This document shows positions 50,667-58,291 of a stretch of DNA of 64,000 nucleotides, one piece after another. The translations under genes were made by a program, and so were the position numbers. How positions within the stretch are numbered: the stretch's first letter is position 1; each line of letters starts with the position of its first letter. The stretch is from an uncultured Lachnospiraceae bacterium (GTDB lineage: Bacteria > Bacillota > Clostridia > Lachnospirales > Lachnospiraceae): contig CANTEW010000009.1 in NCBI GenBank assembly GCA_947652925.1, forward strand, positions 206-64,205, written 5' to 3'. The notes beneath the pieces were generated by a model. The model was not told where the DNA came from, ran no database searches, and was given only the letters and a program-made list of their open reading frames with translations.

Positions 50667-53270
50667 TTGAGACAACGAATTCTTTCAGTTACTTTAGCAT
50701 TCTGCCTATGTGTCGCTACCCAGTCAGTAGCACATGCATGGCAGAAAGACCCTTTGCCGCAAGAGGATGTCCTTGCAGACGGATCCACAGACGGATCGGA
50801 TACCAGTGACGATGTGATCACTGTCTCACAGGAAGGCTCTTCGCCGCAAGAGGATAGCCCTATGGAGAGATCTGCGGCCGGACTGGTCACCCGTGATAAT
50901 ATCATCCCCACCCCGACGGAAGTTTATGAAGCCATGATCGCACTCAAGGATCAGGAGGGGTATAAAGAAGGAACGACCTGGACCAACTATGAGCCTTATC
51001 CGGATACAAATGGAGATTACAAGTGGAAGGGCGGGCCTCTCAATGGGAGCAATATCAGTGCCGTGGGCTGTGTAGCTTTTGCTTTTATATTGAGCGATGC
51101 GGCATTTGGCGAACTGCCAGCCAGGATGTATGCAGCGGGTGAGTTTACATACGAGGATATAAAAGTCGGGGATATCCTGCGGGTGAGCAATGACGCCCAT
51201 ACTGTGATCGTCCTCGAGGTGAGCGATGCAGGTGTGGTCATCGCTGAAGGGAACAACAACAGTAAGGTCCATTGGGGACGGGCGATATCGAAGGAAGATG
51301 TGTTGAAGAACACTGATCATTATATCACCCGTTACCCGGAAGGTTATATCTCGCCGAACGATCCGGAGGCCAATGAATCGATCGGGAGCGGGACCCTTGA
51401 GGGAGGGCTTGCCTGGAATCTGACGAAAGCAGGTACGCTGACCATTTCTGGAAGTGGAGCCATGCCGGATCTTAGCAGTGCCACAGATCAGGAGTGGAGC
51501 CAGAACAGTGGAAAGATCCGGAAGGTCGTTATCGGGGAGGGCGTTACCAATATCGGTTCCTGTTCTTTTTGGGATTGTGGGGTCCTTAGTGTAGAGATCC
51601 CATCCAGTGTGACAACGATCGGAAATAGTGCTTTCCGCGGTTCTTCGATCATTGCAGTGTCCGTTCCATCCAGTGTGGAGACCATTGGCGACAACGCTTT
51701 TTACGGATGTCCAAATCTTAGTTCGGTGATCGTTTCTGAAGGAGTAAGAACGATCGAGCAAAATGCTTTCCGCGCATGCACAAGTCTTACCTCGATAGCT
51801 TTGCCTTCCAGCATTGAAAAGGTGGGCGCCGCCGCATTTTTCCAGTGTGGGGAGATGATGAGTGCGACATTTGCGCCGGGGAACAACCAGGTGGAGTTAG
51901 GCGACAATTTATTTACTCAATGTTATAAGTTGATGCGTGTAACATTGCCCTCGAGGATAAACTGTATTGGCGAAGGTATGTTCCAAAATTGTCTGATGCT
52001 CACCGATGTAGAGATCTCGCAGGGGGCACAGAGCATCGGCGGATCTGCATTCGCATCCTCTGCCTTGACCACTGTTGTGATCCCAGACAGTGTAACGACA
52101 ATAGGGATAGCAGCGTTCTCATCCTGTCCTCTGACTGATATATACTTTACTGGTTCTGAAGCACAGTGGAAGAGTGTAAGGAAAATAGGTGATACAGAAT
52201 CAGCAGTGTTAAAGGTGACTATGCATTATGATCATATCCCTACTCCAAGTCCCGAGCCGAGTCCAAGTGTGAGCCCGAGTCCCAGCCCAAGCCCAGGTGT
52301 GAGTCCGAGTCCCAGCCCAAGCCCGGATGTGACTACGAGTCCCAGTCCAAGCCCAAGTGTGAGTCCGAGTCCCAGCCCGAACCCAGGTGTGACTACGAGT
52401 CCCAGCCCCAAACCTGATGGTGATGGCGGCAACAACGACAGTACCAGCGATAACAATACGGACGACAGTACCAGTGATAACAATACGGACGGCAGTACCA
52501 GTGATAACGATACTGACGGCAGCAACGGTGATAACAACACCGACGGCAGTGAGAATGATGATAACGACAATGATAGTGACACCGACGATAACGATGATGA
52601 TACAGACGACGAGAGCCGGGTGCCGATCGCAAGAGGTAAAACCTTTACGACTAGTAAGATCACTTATAAAGTAACAAAAGTCGGTAAAGAAGTGGAACTG
52701 ACGACATCAAGTTCTGCTGCAGCGAAGGTTACGGTCAATACTGTCACGGGTCCAGACGGTGTGGTGTATAAAGTGACCTCCATTAAGTCAAAGGCCCTGC
52801 AGGGTAATAAGAAGATGACCCGTCTGACCATTGGAGCGAATGTAAAGACGATAAAAGCAAGCGCGTTTTCCGGATGTACGAAGCTGACGACAGTTGTTTT
52901 CGGTAAAAATGTGGCCACGATCGGGGCGAGCGCGTTCAAGGGATGTACCGCTCTAAGGAAGACCCTCACTCTCCCGGACAGCGTAAAAACAATCGGGGAA
53001 AGTGCATTTTCAGGTTGTGATAAGATCACGGCGGTCACCATCGGTAAGACATCGAGAGCAAGTCTGACGACGATCGGAAAGAGCGCACTAAAAGGGTGCA
53101 AGAGACTCAACAAAGTAACGATCAGATCAAAGAAGCTTGCTTCCGTAGGGAAACAGACATTTAAGGGTACAGGGTCCAAACTAAAGGTAAAAGTACCGTC
53201 CAGACAATTGACAAAGTATAGGAGGATCCTTAAAAAAGCGGGATTAAAGACAAAACAGATAACAAAATGA
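50667..53270 (+). CDS. Secreted multidomain protein: Cys/His papain-like (NlpC/P60- or CHAP-like) region, BspA-type leucine-rich repeats, Pro/Ser and acidic repeat linkers, second LRR block
   Basis: TTG start after AGGAGG and a signal peptide (...ATQSVAHA). It has GCVAFAFILSDAAFG ... GDILRVSNDAHTVIVLEV and many LRR_5-like units (IPSSVTTIGNSAFRG..., LPDSVKTIGESAFSGC...). I saw no LPXTG motif. Confidence 0.8.
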   Translation: MRQRILSVTLAFCLCVATQSVAHAWQKDPLPQEDVLADGSTDGSDTSDDVITVSQEGSSPQEDSPMERSAAGLVTRDNIIPTPTEVYEAMIALKDQEGYKEGTTWTNYEPYPDTNGDYKWKGGPLNGSNISAVGCVAFAFILSDAAFGELPARMYAAGEFTYEDIKVGDILRVSNDAHTVIVLEVSDAGVVIAEGNNNSKVHWGRAISKEDVLKNTDHYITRYPEGYISPNDPEANESIGSGTLEGGLAWNLTKAGTLTISGSGAMPDLSSATDQEWSQNSGKIRKVVIGEGVTNIGSCSFWDCGVLSVEIPSSVTTIGNSAFRGSSIIAVSVPSSVETIGDNAFYGCPNLSSVIVSEGVRTIEQNAFRACTSLTSIALPSSIEKVGAAAFFQCGEMMSATFAPGNNQVELGDNLFTQCYKLMRVTLPSRINCIGEGMFQNCLMLTDVEISQGAQSIGGSAFASSALTTVVIPDSVTTIGIAAFSSCPLTDIYFTGSEAQWKSVRKIGDTESAVLKVTMHYDHIPTPSPEPSPSVSPSPSPSPGVSPSPSPSPDVTTSPSPSPSVSPSPSPNPGVTTSPSPKPDGDGGNNDSTSDNNTDDSTSDNNTDGSTSDNDTDGSNGDNNTDGSENDDNDNDSDTDDNDDDTDDESRVPIARGKTFTTSKITYKVTKVGKEVELTTSSSAAAKVTVNTVTGPDGVVYKVTSIKSKALQGNKKMTRLTIGANVKTIKASAFSGCTKLTTVVFGKNVATIGASAFKGCTALRKTLTLPDSVKTIGESAFSGCDKITAVTIGKTSRASLTTIGKSALKGCKRLNKVTIRSKKLASVGKQTFKGTGSKLKVKVPSRQLTKYRRILKKAGLKTKQITK
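52269..52418 (+). repeat. Five tandem 30-nt coding repeats (V[ST][PT]SPSP[SNK]P[GDS])
   Basis: GTGAGYCCGAGTCCCAGCCCAAGCCCRGRT-type units read directly from the sequence. Confidence 0.9.
52437..52544 (+). repeat. Four tandem 27-nt coding repeats ([DG]STSDNNTD), continuing as degenerate Asp/Asn-rich sequence to ~52612
   Basis: GACAGTACCAGYGATAACAATACGGAC units read directly from the sequence. Confidence 0.9.
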
Positions 53271-53363
53271 TCCTTTGCGGTCGATCTGCCCCGCTTTCAG
53301 TTGGCGTAGCCCGCTATGCCCTCATTTGGATCAGATCCCAAAAAAATTTCAAACACACTCTGG
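53271..53363 (-). mobile_element. Truncated, internally deleted copy of the MITE-like element, abutting the stop codon of the LRR gene
   Basis: The reverse complement reads CCAGAGTGTGTTTGAAATTTTTTTGGGATCTGATCCAAATGAGGGCATAGCGGGCTACGCCAACTGAAAGCGGGGCAGATCGACCGCAAAGG. It aligns with 42641-42760 minus ~30 nt, and the right end is missing. Confidence 0.65.
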
Positions 53364-53512
53364 AAGATCTGGCGGAACGACAGATGATCAAAGAGTTAGG
53401 TACATAGATGCAGAGCCGATCGACTGGTGAGAGATCACAGTTTATCGGCTCGCTCTATCTCAAGAAATAAGTCGTCGGGTATCGATCTGACTGCTTTCTG
53501 TCCCTTCCATGC

Positions 53513-53541
53513 TTGAGTTATCAGGGAGTGTATGGTAGAAT
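53513..53541 (+). promoter_or_regulatory. Sigma-A-type promoter (extended -10) for degV-argS-larC
   Basis: TTGAGT (53513-53518), a 17-nt spacer, then TGGTAGAAT (53533-53541). Confidence 0.5.
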
Positions 53542-53574
53542 AGTCACATCTTGTATTTGGAAAGGGATCATTAT

Positions 53575-54450
53575 ATGAAGAAAATTGCCATTGTGACAGA
53601 CAGCAATAGCGGGATCACACAGGAGGAAGGGAAGGAGATGGGTATACATGTCCTTCCCATGCCTTTTTATATTGATGGGGAGATCTACTATGAAGATATC
53701 ACTTTGAGTCAGGAACAGTTTTACCAAAAGCTGTTGGAGGATGCGGATATCTCCACTTCACAGCCTTCTCCGGGAGAAGTGATCGATCTGTGGGAGAAGC
53801 TGTTGAAAGAATATGAGCAGATCGTGCATATCCCTATGTCCAGCGGGCTGAGCGCTTCCTGTGAGACGGCGGTCGCCCTGGCGCAGGATCATGGAGGACG
53901 GGTGCAGGTGGTCAACAATCAACGGATATCTGTGACACAGAAGCAGTCGGTGCTGGACGCGCTGGCGCTTGTTAAAGAGGGAGCAGACGCCGTTCAGATC
54001 CGGGAGATCCTGGAGCGGGAGAAGATGGAATCCAGCATCTATATCACACTGGAGACTCTGAGATATCTGAAGAAAGGCGGACGTATCACTCCAGCAGCAG
54101 CGGCGATAGGCACTGTATTGAAGTTAAAGCCAGTGCTGCAGATCCAGGGGGAGAAGCTGGATGCTTACGCAAAATGCCGTGGTAAGAAACAGGCCAGGAA
54201 GACCATGCTGGAGGCTATGAAAAAGGATATGGAGACTCGTTTTGCCTCTTATGTCCGGGAGGGTAGTTATGCACTGATGGTGGCTTATACGGGAAATGAA
54301 GAGGAGGCGCAGGATTGGAAGAAAGAAGTGGAAGGGTATTTTCCAGGTTATCCGCTCATCGTGGATCCTCTTTCCTTGAGTGTCGCCTGTCATATCGGTC
54401 ATGGTGCATTAGCCCTGGCCGGTGCGAAGTTAGTGGACGCGCGTGTCTGA
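53575..54450 (+). CDS. DegV-family fatty-acid-binding protein
   Basis: MKKIAIVTDSNSGI...STSQPSPGE...HIPMSSGLSASCETA are typical DegV motifs. Confidence 0.85.
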   Translation: MKKIAIVTDSNSGITQEEGKEMGIHVLPMPFYIDGEIYYEDITLSQEQFYQKLLEDADISTSQPSPGEVIDLWEKLLKEYEQIVHIPMSSGLSASCETAVALAQDHGGRVQVVNNQRISVTQKQSVLDALALVKEGADAVQIREILEREKMESSIYITLETLRYLKKGGRITPAAAAIGTVLKLKPVLQIQGEKLDAYAKCRGKKQARKTMLEAMKKDMETRFASYVREGSYALMVAYTGNEEEAQDWKKEVEGYFPGYPLIVDPLSLSVACHIGHGALALAGAKLVDARV

Positions 54451-54479
54451 AAAAGAGATAGAGATTGGAGTGTTTGAAG

Positions 54480-56246
54480 ATGGAGAAATGGATGGAACGG
54501 CTGACAGAGAAGCTGTCAGATGCGTTTGAGAAGGCAGGATATGACAGGAGTTATGGAAAAGTAGCCCTCTCCAACCGTCCGGATCTGTGTGAATACCAGT
54601 GCAACGGAGCTATGGCGGGAGCGAAAACGTATAAAAAGGCTCCCATACAGATCGCGGGGGATGTGGTGGCAGGATTAAAAGACAGCCAAGTCTTTTCCAT
54701 GGCGGAGGCAGTAAACCCAGGGTTTATCAATCTGAAAGCAGATCCCGACTTCCTGGTCGGCTTTCTGAGAGAGATGGCAGAGGATGAGCATTTATCTGTG
54801 GAAAAAACGGATGCGCCCAGAACGATCATGATCGATTATGGCGGGCCGAACGTAGCGAAGCCTTTGCATGTGGGGCATCTGCGCTCTGCGATCATCGGCG
54901 AGAGCATGAAGCGTCTGGGACGGTTTCTGGGACATAAAGTGATCGGGGACGTGCATCTGGGGGACTGGGGTCTCCAGATGGGGCTGATCATCACAGAAAT
55001 GAAACACCGGAGTCCGGAGCTGATCTATTTTAAAGAAGACTATGAAGGCCCCTATCCCCAGGAAGCGCCTTTTACGATCGGGGAACTGGAGGAGATCTAT
55101 CCGGCGGCCAGTGCCAAGTCTAAGGAAAATGCAGCCTATAAAGAGGAGGCTATGGAAGCCACACACCTGCTCCAGCAGGGGAGGCCGGGTTACCACGCAC
55201 TGTGGGAGCATATCCTGCATGTGTCCATGGCCGATCTGAAGAAAAACTATGAACGGCTGCAGGTGACCTTTGATCTGTGGAAAAAAGAGTCGGATGCCCA
55301 GCCCTATATCCCGGAGATGGTCAGATATCTGAAAGAGGGAGGCTATGCCCATCTGGATCAGGGTGCGCTCGTAGTGGATGTGAAGGAAGAGGGGGATACC
55401 AAGGAGATACCGCCCTGCATGATTTTGAAATCTGACGGAGCCTCTCTTTATAATACAACGGATCTGGCTACGATCGTGGAACGTATGAAACTCTTCCATC
55501 CCGATGAGATCTTGTACGTGGTGGACAAGCGTCAGGAATTATATTTTACCCAGGTATTCCGCTGCGCCAGGAAAGCCCATCTGGTGGAGGAAGACACGAA
55601 GCTTTCTTTCCTTGGATTTGGGACTATGAACGGAAAAGATGGAAAACCTTTTAAGACCCGCCAGGGCGGTGTGATGCGTCTGGAAAACCTGATGGACGAT
55701 ATCAGTAAAGAGATGTATCAGAAGATCGTGGACAACCGCAGCGTAAAAGCGGAAAACGCCCGGGAGACGGCGCAGATCGTGGGACTTTCTGCCATAAAAT
55801 ACGGGGATCTGTCCAATCAGGCTACGAAAGACTATGTCTTCGATGTGGATCGTTTTACTTCTTTTGAAGGGGATACAGGTCCTTATCTGCTCTATACGAT
55901 CGTGCGGATCAAATCTATATTGAACCGTTATCAGGAAGAGGGGGGCAGCCTTTCACATGGAAGCCTGCGGACGCCCACATGCGAGAGTGAAAAAGCGCTG
56001 ATGCTGGAGCTGACTGGTTTCGCGCCTGCGGTGGAAGGGGCTTTTGCAGAGAAAGCGCCGCATAAGGTATGTTCTTATCTCTACGGGCTGGCGAATGCCT
56101 TCAATCGTTTTTACCATGAGACGAAGATACTGAGTGAAGAGGACCAGGCACAGAAAGGCTCCTGGATAGGTCTCCTTTCCCTGACCAGGCAGGTGCTGGA
56201 GACAAGCATCGATCTTTTGGGGTTCTCGGCGCCGGAAAGGATGTAG
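54480..56246 (+). CDS. argS: Arginine--tRNA ligase
   Basis: About 588 aa with the class I HIGH-type motif (PNVAKPLHVGHLRSAIIG), a KMSK-like region and a DALR anticodon-binding C-terminus. Confidence 0.9.
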   Translation: MEKWMERLTEKLSDAFEKAGYDRSYGKVALSNRPDLCEYQCNGAMAGAKTYKKAPIQIAGDVVAGLKDSQVFSMAEAVNPGFINLKADPDFLVGFLREMAEDEHLSVEKTDAPRTIMIDYGGPNVAKPLHVGHLRSAIIGESMKRLGRFLGHKVIGDVHLGDWGLQMGLIITEMKHRSPELIYFKEDYEGPYPQEAPFTIGELEEIYPAASAKSKENAAYKEEAMEATHLLQQGRPGYHALWEHILHVSMADLKKNYERLQVTFDLWKKESDAQPYIPEMVRYLKEGGYAHLDQGALVVDVKEEGDTKEIPPCMILKSDGASLYNTTDLATIVERMKLFHPDEILYVVDKRQELYFTQVFRCARKAHLVEEDTKLSFLGFGTMNGKDGKPFKTRQGGVMRLENLMDDISKEMYQKIVDNRSVKAENARETAQIVGLSAIKYGDLSNQATKDYVFDVDRFTSFEGDTGPYLLYTIVRIKSILNRYQEEGGSLSHGSLRTPTCESEKALMLELTGFAPAVEGAFAEKAPHKVCSYLYGLANAFNRFYHETKILSEEDQAQKGSWIGLLSLTRQVLETSIDLLGFSAPERM

Positions 56247-56249
56247 GGG

Positions 56250-57563
56250 ATGTTATATCTAGAATGTACATCCGGGATCAGCGGGGATATGATGGTGGCT
56301 GCCCTCCTGGATCTGGGTGCGGATGGACAAACACTTAAAAGAGCCCTCGCAAGCCTTCCGGTAGACGGATTCCAGATCCATATCTCCCGGGTCGTGAAGA
56401 GCGGACTGGATGCCTGTGATTTTCATGTCCTTCTGGACGAAGATCATGAGAACCATGACCATGACATGGATTATCTGCATGGAGGCGGTCACGGATCAGG
56501 CCATCACCACGCCCGCCATAGCCAGGGGGATGACCATGACAGCAGCCATACGCAGGGCAGAGGCCATGTCCACGGCGCGCATGCGCAGCATGTCCACAGA
56601 GGACTCCCGGAGATCCTGGAGATCATCCGCCAGGCAGATATGACTGAGCGGGCAAAAGGACTGGCGGAGAAGATCTTCCGCATACTGGCGCAGGCGGAGG
56701 CAAAAGCCCACGGTGTACCGGTGGAGCAGGTACATTTTCATGAGGTGGGAGCGGTAGACTCCATTGTAGATATCCTGGCGGTGGCAGTCTGCCTGGATGA
56801 TCTGGATATCACGGACGTCGTCATACCCAGATTATGTGAAGGGACAGGGACAGTCCGCTGTCAGCACGGTATCCTTCCGGTCCCCGTGCCCGCTGTACTG
56901 CATATCATACAGGAACACAGCCTGCCGCTCACGGTCACCCAGGTGGAAGGAGAGTTGGTGACCCCTACCGGAGCGGCTATCGCGGCTGCTATCCGGACAA
57001 CAGGGACACTGCCGGAGAGATTTTTTGTAAAAAAGACCGGGATAGGCGCAGGGAAACGGGCTTATGCCTGCCCGGGCATCTTGCGGGCCATGATCCTGGA
57101 AACGGGAGAGATAAAAGGAACGGGGACGGATACCGTATATAAACTGGAAGCCAACATCGACGATTGTCCAGGGGAGAGGCTTGGCTACGCCATGGAATGT
57201 CTGTTCCAGGCAGGCGTAAAGGACGTCCATTATACGCCTGTCTTTATGAAGAAGAACCGTCCGGCCTATCAGTTGAATGTGATCTGTGAAAAAAAAGACG
57301 TCCCGCGGGCAGAAGAGATCATCTTCCGTGAGACGACCACCATAGGGATCCGCAGGATGGAGATAGAGAGAGCGGTACTCCAAAGGGAAGTGAGAGAGGT
57401 GGAGACTTCCCTGGGCAGAGCGGCTGTGAAGATCTGTTCCAGCGGCACAGGCAGGTGGATCTATCCGGAGTATGAGAGTATATCCAGGCTGGCCAGACAA
57501 CACGGGCTGTCGTACGGGCAGGCAGAGCAGCGGGTGATGCGGGAAGTTTCAGACACGCTCTAA
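56250..57563 (+). CDS. larC: LarC-family nickel insertion protein (nickel-pincer cofactor biosynthesis, DUF111)
   Basis: It has MLYLECTSGISGDMMVAALLDLG at the N-terminus, a His-rich tract (HENHDHDMDYLHGGGHGSGHHHARH...HVHGAHAQHVH) and HFHEVGAVDSIVDI. The last codons coincide with a MITE end-like motif. Confidence 0.85.
   Translation: MLYLECTSGISGDMMVAALLDLGADGQTLKRALASLPVDGFQIHISRVVKSGLDACDFHVLLDEDHENHDHDMDYLHGGGHGSGHHHARHSQGDDHDSSHTQGRGHVHGAHAQHVHRGLPEILEIIRQADMTERAKGLAEKIFRILAQAEAKAHGVPVEQVHFHEVGAVDSIVDILAVAVCLDDLDITDVVIPRLCEGTGTVRCQHGILPVPVPAVLHIIQEHSLPLTVTQVEGELVTPTGAAIAAAIRTTGTLPERFFVKKTGIGAGKRAYACPGILRAMILETGEIKGTGTDTVYKLEANIDDCPGERLGYAMECLFQAGVKDVHYTPVFMKKNRPAYQLNVICEKKDVPRAEEIIFRETTTIGIRRMEIERAVLQREVREVETSLGRAAVKICSSGTGRWIYPEYESISRLARQHGLSYGQAEQRVMREVSDTL
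57547..57562 (+). repeat. MITE end-like motif embedded in the 3' end of larC
   Basis: TTTCAGACACGCTCTA matches TTTCAAACACGCTCTA (42788-42803) at 15 of 16 positions and supplies the last larC codons and the stop. Confidence 0.5.
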
Positions 57564-57668
57564 GAAAGGGAAAAGGACCGTGAGGACCAGGCGGAGATCT
57601 ATGATGAGAAGATCGGGATGGCGATAGAGGTAAAATATGTGCAGGATGGCGGTCTGGAGGCCGGGTGA
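57564..57668 (+). pseudogene. Possible scrap of a PD-(D/E)XK (AAA-ATPase-associated, PDDEXK_9-like) gene
   Basis: The frame continuing after the larC stop reads EREKDREDQAEIYDEKIGMAIEVKYVQDGGLEAG*. The IEVKYvxDGxLE string resembles the nuclease core of that family. It is only 34 codons with no start. Confidence 0.25.
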
Positions 57669-57700
57669 GATCCTCGATCCCCCGGCGCTTTTCGCGTTTC

Positions 57701-58291
57701 TCAGATATCTATCACATACCGCTCAAAGGCATTGACGATGGTCGTGCCGTCCAGGGTGCGGATCCGCTGGGCCTTCATCCCGTAATTTAAATGGACATGG
57801 CCATGGATCATGAGTTTTGGCTCATATTTTTCCAGCAGGCGGCGGAAGGCTTTAAAGCCAGTGTGGACAAGGTCGTCGTGATCGTTGATCTGCCAGGCGG
57901 GGGCGTGGGTCACCAGCACGTCAAAGCCCCGGCGGAATCTCAGCTTGAGCCAGAGTTTTCCCACACGGTAGTCCATCTTCCGCTGGGTGAACTGCCAGGG
58001 TCCGTCCTTATAACGCATGGATCCTCCCAGACCCAGGAAGCGGATGCCTTCATATTCGTAGATCTTGTCTTCAATGCAGATGCAGCCTTCCGGCGGCGTC
58101 TTTTCGTAACGGCCGTCATGGTTGCCGTGGACGTAGAGGACCGGGCCGTGGAAGAAAGTAGCCAGGAAGGACAGGTAATGGGGATCCAAGTCTCCGCAGG
58201 AGACGATGACATCGATCCCTTCCAGCCGCTCTGGGTCAAAGAAATCCCAGAGGGCTTTTGATTCCACATCAGAGATCGCGAGTATCTTCAT
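57701..58291 (-). CDS. Metallophosphoesterase (YfcE/MJ0936-like)
   Basis: 196 aa with MKILAISDVE, SCGDLDP, VHGNHD, and THAP...GHVH motifs. Confidence 0.8.
   Translation of the reverse strand: MKILAISDVESKALWDFFDPERLEGIDVIVSCGDLDPHYLSFLATFFHGPVLYVHGNHDGRYEKTPPEGCICIEDKIYEYEGIRFLGLGGSMRYKDGPWQFTQRKMDYRVGKLWLKLRFRRGFDVLVTHAPAWQINDHDDLVHTGFKAFRRLLEKYEPKLMIHGHVHLNYGMKAQRIRTLDGTTIVNAFERYVIDI

Noticed and set aside
52232-52674. ORFs in other frames or on the other strand across the LRR-gene repeat region, and the possibility that the regular repeats are a CRISPR array.
   Set aside because: The repeats are contiguous 30-nt and 27-nt units without spacers, in frame within a long gene. The alternative-frame ORFs are by-products of the periodic sequence.
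53413-53451. Hairpin GAGCCGAT...ATCGGCTC downstream of the LRR gene, as its terminator.
   Set aside because: It has an 8-bp stem, a 22-nt loop and no U tract. Function cannot be supported from sequence alone.
54451-54479. A T-box leader upstream of argS.
   Set aside because: The gap to degV is only 29 nt, leaving no room for a T-box. argS appears co-transcribed from the promoter at 53513. The GGAGTGTTTGAAGATGG string here resembles the MITE end but is too short and divergent to call.
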